Source: Octopus vulgaris
Taxonomy: Eukaryota
Length of the DNA stretch: 64,000 nt
Direction: 5' to 3'
Assembly (NCBI GenBank): GCA_951406725.2
Contig: OX597816.1
Coordinates: forward strand, 136,090,001 to 136,154,000
Part shown: positions 1-12,429 of the stretch, one piece after another
Numbering within the stretch: position 1 is the stretch's first letter
Layout of the letters: every line of letters begins with the position of its first letter
Position numbers and translations under genes: made by a program
The notes under the pieces: generated by a model
Seen by the model: the letters and a program-made list of their open reading frames with translations, nothing else
Told to the model about the DNA's origin: nothing
Database searches by the model: none

Positions 1-292
1 GTGAGTGTATATCACCAATATCAACACTTTTATGATTTTTCTTTTACATAGAATTAGTATATAAGTAAAATATATTCATTTTATGGAAAATTTTTATGGA
101 ATATTCATATAATCATTTTATTAAAAAATTATTGTCACTTACATTGTATTATCTTAATTATATCCACAGACTTCATGAAATTATTCTTATAATATTCCTA
201 AAGGAATCATACAATTAATGACTAACCAACGACTAGGTTTCTCGGTAATCATTGCTTTCTTTGAAGCCAAGATCACCTTTGGCCAAGATCAC

Positions 293-513
293 CTTAACTC
301 ATTAGCATTTAAGCTGGCCATACCCAACCCAAATATTCTACCTGTTTTATGTTCAAACTGGCCGGATCCAGCCTCTCACACCTTCCTGACAATGTTATTA
401 AAATATGCAATCACATTATCCAAATCTCAAAGCTACAAGATAATGCATGATTGATTCAAAACAATGTGAATAAGATTTTTAATTGGACAGAATAATCTGA
501 ATGCTAAAGGGTT
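293..513 (+). mobile_element. TTAA-flanked MITE, family B (piggyBac-like ends)
   Basis: ttaa-CTCATTAGCATT...AATGCTAAAGGG-tta termini. The same body recurs at 11879-12313, 27704-27931 and 42980-43208. Confidence 0.7.
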
Positions 514-1529
514 ATTTTTAATAGTAATCTAACATTAAATGAAAATGTAGAGATATTGTGGAGTAAACATGCCCTAAATGCTAGCCAAAATACCAACTTT
601 CATTCCAAAGTATTGTATGCTTTTCAGAGTTTTATGTTATTGACTCTCACCAACAATCCTACAAATCTAATAACTCCCACCCACTCAGCTCACATAAATG
701 TAAAAGAGACACAAAAATAGTAGCAGCATCCTTAATCTCATTAGCCCAAATCATTGTGCTGATTTGCACATCACCAATGTTAAGTGCAGAGAAACAGCAA
801 CAATTGCACTCTGATAAAGTCTGGTCACTAGCCATTAATACTTACAGTTATATATAACAACAGGCTTGACAGTGGAGAAAAGCAACATGTGCAGACCATC
901 AGATTGCACTTCATGTACTGAGGTGTTGTATGTTAGACAGCAATATATCTGGATCAATTAATCTGTAGATCACATTTAGTCATTCAATTGTCTACCTACG
1001 TGTCATAGGTGTGGCTTTTAAAGATAAGCTGGAGTTAAGTAACAACTGAAACAATATTTGTACTGAAACCTAACTAAATAAAGACAAAAACTATGAGAAC
1101 TTTAAAAATGTATAAGGATGAATGCATGTGTGTGTTTGTGAGAGGTATGCATGTTTGTGATTTTATTACAGTATTAAAGAAATAGTTGTGAAAGATTAGG
1201 TTGTCATGACTCTGTTGTAGGATATCCTCAAGGTTTCTAATCATGTACAAAATGCAAGTCATTAATGCAGTATTTAGATATCTTGCAGATTATGCATGTG
1301 TGTGCCAGAAGTTATGGAATAGTGAAAGGTAGTACGGTCCGCCGTTGTGATCTAGCTAACTTATTTTTTTAAATTTGTACCAAATAATAGTTTGACATGA
1401 TTACAGCCTCTTTACATACTTTTAGAATGCAATGTGTCCAGAACATTTCTATATAAGTCAATTTAGGAAGTTTAGAACCAGAAAGAAAATCACAATCATT
1501 GACCTTTCTTGTTATTTCTGTCTTGAAGA

Positions 1530-2680
1530 ATGAAAAAACAACAAATACTTGGGGATTGACAAGACTATATTCAACATGAACAACTAAGGAGTATTATACA
1601 AGACTCAGAAAGGTTTGGCAGATTTCAAAAATTGTATCCCACAATGCATTTTCAATATCAGTACCAACATTCAGTTGGTGCTGGTGTTGTACCAACATTC
1701 AGGATAATGAACTGGATAGAGTAAATTCTCTTTATTGACAGAAGAACCTGAAATGTTTCAACATTAACTAGAAGCTTCCACTGGACCCCAGACCATATTC
1801 CTGCTCACCACTATCAGAGCAGAGATAGCTGTCCACAAGTGTGAGCCCTATGAGTCAGAGTGGTTCCAGTGCATCACCCTTGCCATCCTCCAGGACAATA
1901 CCTTTTTCATTTTCTCTGCTGGGACCATGAAGCAGTCTGATTTACAGGAAATTGTACATTCCACTCAATTTTTATCATTAAGATAATTTATTAAGATAAT
2001 TTTTGTTTCCTTCTCATCATAATAATCAATAGCAGACAGTATTTCAGGAATAAACAAAGAAACAGAAGCTTAGGATCCATCCTGACAGCTATTAAATGCA
2101 ATGTGTAAATAGTAAAAGACACATGTTCTAAAAAAGTACTCGGGATCTGGTAATATTCCATGCAATCTCAGATCTGTGAGACAGATAAAAGCTTATTACA
2201 AATGAAGAGGAGAAATATGTAAACCAAAAGTTAATCAAGGTTATCTATTCAGTAAACTCGAAAATTATCCATGAATAAGGATTGTCAATTTCCTTGAAGA
2301 TTAGTTACTATTATATCATGTCACAATTTGAAGATTTTCTTTTTCTTTTTAATCTTGAGATTAAAATATGGCTACAGAATATCTTGTAAATAAAATAAAG
2401 ATACTGAAGCTTCCAAACCCCTAAGATGAGACTGAAAGATGTCTATTGTACCATAATCTAAAAAGGTCATATGTAATTTCAGCAGTTGCAAAAAAACATC
2501 ATCAATTCAATCTTTTATATGAGTTTTTTTTTTGTCATGAAAACAATACACAATAGAAAATATAAGCATGAAAAGAACCACCACTGAGTCTACCTACATT
2601 CTTCAGCAAAGGGAATGTTCTAATCAAGAATTTTCCCAAATATGAAGTCCCTAGAACAGATATAGTAAAAGATAGAAAGA
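1530..2680 (+). mobile_element. Degraded R4/Dong-like (REL-type) non-LTR retrotransposon pieces
   Basis: Broken frames give KYLGID, EYYTRLRKVW, SHNAF, VPTFRIMNW, IDRRT (1530-1770) and ATEYLVNK (~2368), which resemble the post-RT region of REL-clade LINEs. Confidence 0.55.
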
Positions 2681-4939
2681 AAATCTACACAGTCGTTGAT
2701 CTGAACTTTGATTCTCTTTACAGGCAGTGAATGATAATCACTATATGTGTATAGCAATCTATTCTGCATAAAACTTATAATGTATGTAATATACATCCAT
2801 TAGATTATTATGATGATTTCATATTCATATTTTTTTATGTTACCATGGTTGGAGAGGTCTCTATAAATGTAGATATATTATTGGACTAAGCTTATAATAG
2901 AATCTGTAGATGCTGAGAATAAATTTGAAGCTCAACTCAGACAATATGTGTGGATATATATCTATTTCACTAACAAGGAACTAAAACACTAGATGGCAAT
3001 TCATTTTGAATTTTTACATTACTTAATAGAAATACTATATAGCCTCAGCTGTATGTATAAAATTAGGAGTGGAAAAAGATTAAGTGCAGTGAAGTGTTGT
3101 AAAATAACACTCAAAAAACAATTATAAACAAGGACAAAATCCAAAATATTGAAATAAAATCTACTTCAGAAAATGAAGAAAACAATGTCATATTGTTTTT
3201 TTAATTTTCTAAAATAGATTTACAAAAACACACACACTAAAGATGAAGACTGATCTCTAAAGAGTGTATCAATATCTACTTCAACCTACTTTGTTCCTGG
3301 TTTACCATGGATTTCAGACTTGATTCTCAGTAACGATTTCTATACAGCATAAATTGATAAACCTTATGTTAAAATTTATTCAAAATAAAAACTTAGTCAT
3401 CCAGAAGGTTGTTTATAAATGTCTGTTTAGAGATAGAACAATTTGAGGTACACTTTTTTGTGGTGATGGTGTAGGAGGGGCAGAGTGTTTACAATTGATG
3501 AGATACCACAAATTCTGATAAAGAATCAACAGGAATCCAGATTAAGACTTGAAGTCAGATGAGGATGAAAAATTTCAGTTGGAAAATAATAATGTGTCTC
3601 AAACAAGGAGGCATATATCACACACACACGTGCACACAAACACATGCGTACTCGTGTGCATACACATACACACACATACACTGCTGGTATTCTATAACAA
3701 AAACTTTTCCCAGGCTTATATATTGGAGAGGATCTTTCAAAGTATGAATCTGAGACTTCACAAGATATACAGAGATTCTGATTATATCTACTTCATATAA
3801 ATATGTAAAGTATCAGATTCATATATCAATAGCTAAAGTATGTGTGTGTGTGTATGTGTGTGTACATGTTATTCAACTCTATGTAATGAAACCTTGCTCA
3901 ATATGGTATAAAGTAGGGTATGTATGTGAGTATGCATATAACTGCATAACTGATAGGTATGTGTGTATGAATGTTATTGCATGTGTGATATGTTTTAATT
4001 CTATATGATTTGTGCCTTTACAATGCACAAAAATGCTAAAACCAGAGCAGTTTTCCTCTGATATGAAAAGCACGGAGGTAGTAGATTTTCATAATAGGCA
4101 GCATTTTCAAGATATGAATGCACAAATATAGTAAAGAAAAAGTTTTCATAATTTTCACTAATCATGACGCAGTATTTGTTTAAGAAAAAGCTTAATATTC
4201 TCAACCTAGTATATATCTTAGCTTTACTTGTGTATTTGTACATACAAAAGATTAAACATCTGGAATGCTGCACATAATCCCACAATTCCATCTCTGGTTT
4301 ATAATTATAATTTCCTTATGAAAGCTGAGTCCTTCCTGGTTTTTGTGAAGTTTAAATTCTCAAGATTACTAGTGAGGCAGTTAATTAAATAATCAAATTC
4401 CTCAATAATTACAAGTATAAACTTAAAGCTATAGACCAAGTGTTATATCCACAGATGTATCACTAATTCAGTATAGATGTTTTCCTATTCTTATTTCCTT
4501 AACATTATGTTAATGCCAGTTGGGCAACTGATTTCTACTGGCCTGTTGTGTCTGCATTGTGCAGTGGTTTTAGCAAAACCATGCATGTTTTTTCTTCTTT
4601 AAAATATATTCAATTTTTACTTTTCAGAATTCAAACCAGTTACTAACAAAGTGACAAGGTTCTTTCATTTAACTCAAGTAAGCTTTTGGGGTTTGAGGAT
4701 ATGCAAATTGGTTATAATGTTGGCATGTGTGTGTGTGTGTGGATACACTTGCACTCATGTAGCTGGTGTGCATGTCACTTTAATACACAAATGTGTGAGT
4801 ACTTCATTAGTGTGTGTGTGTATGCGTACATGCATGTATGTGTGTATGTTAATTATGTTTACACCTGATTGTACATATTTGTTCAGCCCAGAAATCTCAA
4901 ATGGAAAATCCCTAGAATGCTTTACAGATGTTCACCGTA

Positions 4940-5345
4940 AGAAATTGTGGAGAACCCCAGCATTTCTCAGCTTTTATGCAAATTTGTTGTCACACAGCCT
5001 ATGACAATATGTACAAGTGAAAATCCATAGTCTGTATATAAGAGCTGCAAGATTCCAATTAGATCTCCATAGATGATATTCTTTTCCATAGTTTTTGATG
5101 AAACATATTTTCACCAAGAAAATATTAGTTCTGTGCCCCATAGAACAATACCTAGCCTACTGCGTTTATACAAGTTTTTATTTTTTCATCAGAACGTTTT
5201 TATCAGATGTTTCACCAATATTCCATATTTTTTAAGGTGTGGATACATTCTGGTTGTATGGTCATCAAAGCAAATCTTTTTGTGTATAATATACTAGATG
5301 GTTTTAGTAACAGTGTTAATGTCTTATAGGAAGATAGCATTTTAC
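4940..5345 (-). mobile_element. R4/Dong-like LINE C-terminal endonuclease relic
   Basis: Minus frames give YLPIRH, EYW, RLGIVLW (PDIVIW-like) and EKNIIYGDLIGILQLLYTDYGFSLVHIVIG...MLGFS. Confidence 0.6.
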
Positions 5346-5630
5346 AAATATTTTTAGAAAGTCAGTGATGATGTGTGTAATATCTTTCAAACTGGTAGAG
5401 TACAATTGACATTGTGTGTAAGCAAGTATGTTTGCCTGCAAGTATATACACAAATAGGTGTATAGATATCAATCTATCTATCTATCTATCTATTTATCTA
5501 TGTATCTATCCCACTATAGTCTGAAGTATATAGTGTTATAAATGATACACTGGTTTGCAAAGGCACTGCATAAGCAGAATAAATTTGAATTATGCAATGA
5601 AAACAGCTCTATAGTGTGGGTGTATGTGTA

Positions 5631-5676
<46 letters not shown>

Positions 5677-5799
5677 AGAAGAAAAATTGATGGATTTTTC
5701 CCTTATGAGGTTTTTCATGCTAACTACTTGATAAATTCTTGTAAAGATTTTATCCTGTTTTTAAATTATATGTGTGTGTGTGTGTGTGCGTACCAAAAA

Positions 5800-5909
5800 T
5801 TCCTCACACTGATGAGAATGACAATGCATAAATTTAATTATAATTAATGTGGTTATAATTTTTTTCTTACGTATTTGTATTGTCTTTCGAAACGTGCGTA
5901 TGTATGGGA
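5800..5909 (+). ncRNA. Type I hammerhead ribozyme with intact core
   Basis: CTGATGA 5809-5815; stem II GAATGACAATGCA / TGTATTGTCTTTC with G10.1-C11.1; GAAA 5889-5892; stem III ACG-TG-CGT; GTA cleavage triplet ending 5900; stem I TTCC..ACA / TGT..GGGA. Confidence 0.8.
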
Positions 5910-6157
5910 TCCGATTTTGTATTAAATCTAATTTTGATTCAACATCTTTTTCCCTCCATTTCTTTATACTTGTTTATGGTATATTTATACCTATAACGAA
6001 ATTTTTCAACTATTATTTTCATATTCTTATCATTTGCTCTGGCTGATTTTTATGAATATGATGAATCTTTATTAGAAATAATTTTTTTTTCTCTTTTTTG
6101 GATCTCTCAAAAAGTTCGAGTTGTTCTTTTTGAACTTACTTTTTTTTATATATTATT

Positions 6158-6190
6158 ATGTGTGTGTGTATGTATATATGTGTATGTGTG

Positions 6191-6223
<33 letters not shown>

Positions 6224-6348
6224 ATGTATATATTTATATATATGTATATATTTATATATGTGTGTGTGTGTATATGTGTGTGTGTATATATATATATACA
6301 CATACACACACACATATATATATATATACACACATACATGCACACACA
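6158..6348. repeat. Compound (TG)/(TA)/(CA) microsatellite
   Basis: Directly visible; source of several spurious ORFs. Confidence 0.95.
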
Positions 6349-6875
6349 AATTACATATAAATACACCACAACACAATGACACACACTCAGATACACCTAA
6401 TAAATCAACACTTCTTCCATGTTCTAACTATTCTGGATTTTTACATTTCTTTTTGATTATTTTTAGCAGTTAACATAATGAATAATCTATAAATTTTCCA
6501 TTTTGAAAGAATACCAAGCTGAGAGTGTTGACAATTTGTATGTCCACAGTTTTAAAAGAGCTGTAAACATACATATTTATTTCCCCAGTGAGTGTGCATA
6601 CATATGTGTGAATGTATTTTGCTTTTCTCCATGAATGCTTAGGACTGAATATTTGTCTTTGCTCAATGGACAACTCTGATGAGAAAATAAAAAGGAGAGT
6701 TAACATTCAGATTGATATTATAGTACAATGTCATTACAGCTTTTATAACCTAAATTTGAAGAGATCAGTATGTTTTATTGCATTCACGTTATAGAAATTT
6801 TGGATTTACATCATGGGTCACTGTTTAGCCCTCACCACTAAGGAAAAAATTCCACTACTTCACAAGAATACAGCT

Positions 6876-7024
6876 GCAGGAGTGACTATGTGGTAAGAAA
6901 CTTGCTTCCCAACCACATGGCTTTGGGTTCAGTCTCACTCTTTGGCAGTTTTGCTCTTTATATAGTACCAGGACAACCAGAGCTTTGTGAGTGGATTTGG
7001 TAGACAGGGGCTAAAAGTAGCCTG

Positions 7025-7062
<38 letters not shown>

Positions 7063-7305
7063 CTATCTCCTTGCCTTGAATTCATGTAACAGTTATAAAA
7101 TGAATGTCACCACCATACAAATGGTATCCTTTGTTTACAATATTCCGTAAAAACATGTCTGAAAATGGTGAAATATTGCCTTGTTAGTTAACAGGTGAAG
7201 GTTGATAATAGAAAGGGCATCCAACTATACAAAATCCACTATAACAAATTCCATCTAGAATCCATGCAAGAAAGGAAAAGTAGACATTGACACCATGATG
7301 ACAAT
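6876..7305 (+). mobile_element. tRNA-derived SINE family 1 with RTE-type 3' tail
   Basis: A/B-box-like head (gactatgtggtaag...ggttcagtc), internal (GT)n, and tail aagggcatcca...ccatgc shared with RTE 3' ends in this window. Confidence 0.75.
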
Positions 7306-7311
7306 GACAAG

Positions 7312-7423
7312 GAAGAAGAAGAAGAAGAAGAAGAAGAAGAAGAAGAAGAAGAAGAAGAAGAAGAAGAAGAAGAAGATGATGATGATGATGATGATAATGA
7401 TGATATTGATAATGATGATGATA

Positions 7424-7454
<31 letters not shown>

Positions 7455-7483
7455 GGGGGAGGGGGAGGAGGAGGAGGAGGAGG
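7312..7483. repeat. Compound (GAA)n(GAT)n(GAG)n microsatellite grown from the SINE tail
   Basis: Directly visible; produces the poly-K/M/L/H/S pseudo-ORFs. Confidence 0.95.
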
Positions 7484-8136
7484 ATATGAAATTTGGGTAT
7501 ATTCCTTCAACTGCTAAATGAGACAATCTTAATATGCTTGCCATGTAAAGAGATATTTGGAAATATAACAAAAAAAAAAAAATTCTTTTAACTACCTTAA
7601 AAGGATGTATTCAGAAAAGAATAAACAATGATTTTTCAATATTTTAAGACACTGAAAGAAAGGTTTGTAAAACATATACCCTTAATAATTCTTCAAGTCC
7701 CATCTCATGTTTATACAGAAAGGAAAATGAAGGCCTCTGACATTATATCTTTTAACATAGCAAAACTAGAATGCTATATACAGCTGGAGAGGATATTATA
7801 TGAACCATAATGGAAGTCATAAAGACCATTACAAAGGCCTCTGAATCCATTAAGGTTATTCTGCCGAGTAGTAATGTAAACTTCTTCAATTATCACTTTA
7901 CGTCTTTTTTTTTTATTTATCTCCCCTGTATTATTGATGATAGCCTACCAGTTTTCATTTTCTCTCAAGACACAAACAGGGATGTTGTAGTTAAAAAGTT
8001 TGCTTTCAATCCATGTGATTTTGAGTTCAGTTCCTCTGCACGGCACCATACGTATCTTCTGATACATCCCTGGGCCAACCAAAGCTTTGTGAATGGAAAC
8101 TAAAAGAAAGCTCATCATATATGTGTGCTTGTGTGA

Positions 8137-8288
8137 GGATTGGTTGGCGTTAGGAAGGGCATCCAGCTGTAGAAACACTGCCAGATCAGACTGGAGCCTG
8201 GTGCAGCCTTCTGGCTTCCCAGATCCCCGGTCAAACCATCCAACCCATGCTAGCATGGAGAACGGACGTTAAACGATGATGATGATGA
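8137..8288 (+). mobile_element. RTE-type 3' tail fragment ending in (GAT)n
   Basis: ggttggcgttaggaagggcatccagctgtagaaac...ccaacccatgctagcatgga...gttaaacgatgatgat; many copies in the window. Confidence 0.8.
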
Positions 8289-8289
8289 A

Positions 8290-8585
8290 GATGCATGCCT
8301 TAATGGTTAGAGTATTCAACTCACGATCATAAGGTCATGAGTTTGATTCCTAGCAATGCATTGTGTTCTTGAGCAAGACACTTTATTTCACATTGTTTCA
8401 GTCCACTCAGCTGACAAGAGTCAGTAGTATCTGTAATTCAAAGGACCAGTCTTGTCACACTGAATTTCCCTGAGAACTACATTAAGGGTACGTGTGTCTG
8501 TGGAGTTCTCAGCCACTTTCACGAGCAGGATGTTCCATTGATAGGATCAACTGGAACTCTTGTCATTGTAACCGACGGAGTGTCA
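8290..8585 (+). mobile_element. tRNA-derived SINE family 3
   Basis: Head tgccttaatggttag...gagtttgattcc followed by cttgagcaagacacttt. Related heads lie on the minus strand at 26845-27165, 36865-37127 and 37225-37521. Confidence 0.7.
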
Positions 8586-8759
8586 GTTCATTTACATTCG
8601 TGCTCACTTATTCAAAAGTTACAACATTCATGCAATGTTTATGTAAACGTTTATCTTGTCAAATTGCTTGTATGTTCCATGCTTTCAAAGCTGCATGAAA
8701 TATGAGATCCCTTATTCGAAAAACAGTTAAGGATTACCATTAGGCAGTTTCTATCTCTT

Positions 8760-9030
8760 AGATGTGAAGTCTCCTGTTTCTGCTTTTCAATCTGTACTAC
8801 AGTGGCTTCTGCTTCCTGGAACCAACTGATCTCATGTTACTTCTACTCAGGCATTTCTAACTCACATATCTCTCTATTCCCCATGTCACCTGTATAGTAT
8901 CCACTTCACCAAGACTTCAGCCTTTCTTCCTAGAATACTGGCAGTCTACAATTCCTTCCTACAAAATTTCTTTGCAACTGTCAACTTATAACAGTTGAAG
9001 CAGGACACTACCAATGCCGATCTCAACAAT
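8760..9030 (+). mobile_element. CR1/L2-group LINE 3' end relic
   Basis: LFNLYYSGFCFLE and FLPRILAVYNSF...NL*QLK resemble LFYRYYxGxCSxEL and FFPRTxxLWNSLP. A similar piece lies at 33560-33690 (QPLDYRHAVSSL). Confidence 0.55.
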
Positions 9031-9434
9031 CTCAGAAGGTCTGTACGTGTAATGAGAACAGCTCCTTCCTCCACACTAAATTAATTTTCAATGAAAAACC
9101 CAGTTAGTAACTTAGTTCCTTTTTCTGTTTGAAAGCTACACTCCACAAAGTATATGCTATAAATCTGATGCAATAAGATATGGCAGGAAAAAGTTATGGT
9201 TATCAGTTATGAATTGAGTTTAATCCTCTGGGTATAGATTAGCTTCAAGTGAGTGGAGAAAAAGAATTGACAACATCAAAAACTTTAGGGAAAGCCTATA
9301 GCAGAAACAAAAATGTAAGAAAAATTAAAATTTCTGAGTGAAAAAAATGCTTTCAAAGAGTAAGAAGAAATAAATCAGATCTAAAAACATTGTATCTCAT
9401 CTCCAAGCTGAGACAGGTCAAACATCATCTAGAT

Positions 9435-9622
9435 CAATGTTCTTGCAACTGGTATACCATGGCACACTGGTGTTCCACAAGACAAGGCTAGGTGTGCCAC
9501 AATGTAACCTGAATATAGTTTTTTTTCCTTATACTTTTAGTTATATTTTTAGTTCAGGTGTGCCGCCAAATTTTGAAAAGAACATAAGTGTACCGCAAGT
9601 GAAAAAAGGTTGCAGAACAATG
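9435..9622. mobile_element. hAT (Charlie-type) MITE
   Basis: TIR-like CAATGTTCTTGCAAC / GTTGCAGAACAATG with identical 8-bp TSD ATCTAGAT (9427-9434 and 9623-9630). Confidence 0.8.
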
Positions 9623-11878
9623 ATCTAGATGATAAAGGACAAATATCTCCAAGCTGAGCATAGGATAAATATACAAGAGAAGTTGTCTTGCACACCCATT
9701 TAATCAAAACCACAATGGAAAAAAAATAAATGCTTAAACAATGATGGTCATTATTATACTAATGTGTTTTCTAACTAAATGCTCTCCTATCTCTAAACAC
9801 TTGTCCATGGAGTAGGAGTAGTATCTGTTAGCAACTAGACAGGAAGGCTTAAAACGGAATGTATATGGGAAATAAAAGTGGAATATTTCAAAAGCAAACA
9901 CAATATGGAAAGACGCAGCAAAGTATTGAAGTGGAAGAGTGACAAACTGAAACTAGTCTAAATAACAGATTTAAGTAAGAAAATTGAATATAAATTGACT
10001 GCAAACTAAGAAAGCGACAAAGTATAAGAAATCAGTAATTTAACAATTAAAGACAAAAAAACAAGATAACTGGCTGTTTAAGAGATTTTATTTATTAACA
10101 CAATAAATCTGTGAACAGCATCTGAGTATTTAAGATAACATTTGATAGAGGAGTTCCCATTCTTACCCAGTGATACTTTAGATGTTAAAGAGAGGAAGTT
10201 AAGAGAAAGTCAGAAATTCCATAAGTAGCAAGATCATGTGACACTGATATTTACTTCAACTATGTCATAGCAATGCACTACAAAATCATTTGGTAAACAT
10301 CACATATGCAACATTCACCACATCCTTTAAAACTTTACCAATTTGGTCATAATTGTATAAATTATTATAAAACTTATATATGCTGACAGAGCATTTAAAC
10401 AAATATTTTCAGTAGCAGTAGAGAAAAAAAATCCTGATGCAAACAAGGATTACAATTCCATATAGAATATTTTTTATTTATCCTAGATATTTCAGCTGCT
10501 AAGAGTAACAGGATTGATTTCATATTTGTTTCTTAAATAATAACAGTAACAATGGTTGATGAAAATTATACCAAGTCTGCCATCATTATCATTATCATCA
10601 TCATCATCATTATCCACATCCTAGTTTTAAATTCTGCTTCTTCTATGCAAGCATGGAGTGCTGAAATCTTGTGTTTCCTGATTTTTTATCATTTTAATCT
10701 GTGAGATCAACCTCATTATTTTGCTCATCATTTACTGCAAAACCTCTCACAGCACACATTTTCACTTTCATTCATCCATATATACTTTTCACATCATATT
10801 CCTATCCTACAGACACCCTAAACACAACACATCTTTTTCTTACCAGTATCAATTCAACCAGCTAAGCAACAAACTTATGTATCACCCTCCAGCAAAATAC
10901 TGGAATAGTCTACAGTCTTCAACATTTAGTTCTTCACCTGATTAAACCAGTGCATGTACTGCATCTGTTTTTAATTTGTAATTTATTATTTTAAAATTTA
11001 CAGCTTATGATAATATTTATAATGAAGATCTGTTGAGATATCAATCCTAATGCCAATACCAGTTAATTATTCAGTTTATTTACATTATTTTAGACAAAGT
11101 TTAAGAATGGGGTTATAATAGTTATACTAGTCTTAATGTAACGAAGGGCAAAGAAAGTCAGTTTAAGCTCACAACTAACTCTATGAGTAAAAGAAAATAG
11201 TAACATATAGAAATCATTGCTGCTAGACATATCAGATTCATTACACAAGTATATATGCTACATTATTAAGACGCAACATAGCTTGGATGATAATCAGGAG
11301 AAAAAAAAAAAGTGCTACTGCTGCTGCTACTACTACCACTATTACTTTTCAAAGATTTTAGTTACAATATTTTCAGCTTTTGTCAAAACTGTCACAGAGC
11401 TCTGAAATGATAGAGATAACCACAGTAATTCTAGGAGCCTAATTTTTATATAATTAAGTTTCATATAGTTTGGATATAAAACTGAAATTACTATCAAAAT
11501 GTATATTCATATTTCATTTAGTGGAAAGTAGGAATGTTAATAAACTGTGATGGGATTGCTAGAAATAAAATGCAAACTATCTACTTCCTTTTTAAACTTC
11601 TTACTTTCTCAGAAAATTAATAAGTATAAAATTAGAAGTGTTACTTTAACTTTTGGTTTAAAATTCCAGACTGATAATTTAAAATATTTTGTTTAGAAGA
11701 ATGTTTAGATTTTTTAATCTGGGACAGTGAATGGTAGAATCAATAGAATATTAGACAAAATACCTCGTGGTATCATGTACTGACCCTTTAAGCTCTGACT
11801 TCAAATCCCATACGGTTTGTTTACCTTCTGAAGCCCTTGAAATAACAACCAGTCAAGTATTTGGGACGATAAAAACAT

Positions 11879-12313
11879 TTAACTCTTTAGCATTCAGATT
11901 AATTTGTTTAATGCAATGGTTATTTGTTTAAATTGTTTTGAACTAATCCTGCGTCATCTCACAGCTCATGACTTCAATGATGCAATTGTTTATTGCATGA
12001 CCTTGTAGGATTGGTATGAGAGACTGGACCTGGCCAGTATGAACATAAAACTGGTCAAATATTAGGGTCAAATATGGCAGTTTAACCCTTTTGCTACCAA
12101 CCAGGCTGAAACCGCCTCTCACCCTGTAGTACAAATATCTTGTTTTCAAAAGTTCTGAATTAAAATCTTCCACCAAACATTGGTCACAATTTATGTTCCT
12201 AACACTAGCTTAACTAAGTTATTTTACTAAATTCTTCATTATATTTAATATTAACTGAAAGAAACAGAACATCTCAACAGAAACGTGGTAACAAAAGGGT
12301 TAAATGCTAAATT
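11879..12313 (-). mobile_element. Family B TTAA MITE interrupted by a family A MITE
   Basis: Reverse of the 293-513 sequence, split at a TTAA near its end by 12086-12299. Confidence 0.7.
12086..12299 (+). mobile_element. piggyBac-like MITE family A
   Basis: TTAA on both sides; TIR CCCTTTTGCTACC / GGTAACAAAAGGG; homologous to 31048-31268. Confidence 0.85.
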
Positions 12314-12429
12314 AATGACTACACCACAATGTGGGAACCATCTAGTGACTGAAATCACTAAGTTGCTTTAATTGCGAAATAATGTTACATCATAGAAATA
12401 AATTTGGCTTGTTAAATCATAACAGTTTT

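Noticed and set aside
3742-3823. Short inverted repeat TATGAATCTGA / TCAGATTCATA between microsatellites
   Set aside because: Could be a decayed stem II, but there is no recognisable CUGANGA core.
6121-6473. Overlapping ORFs and TG-to-CA fold-back
   Set aside because: Low-complexity dinucleotide repeats, which are common throughout the window.
7184-7571. Poly-P/H/L/S/K/M ORFs
   Set aside because: Translations of a trinucleotide microsatellite.
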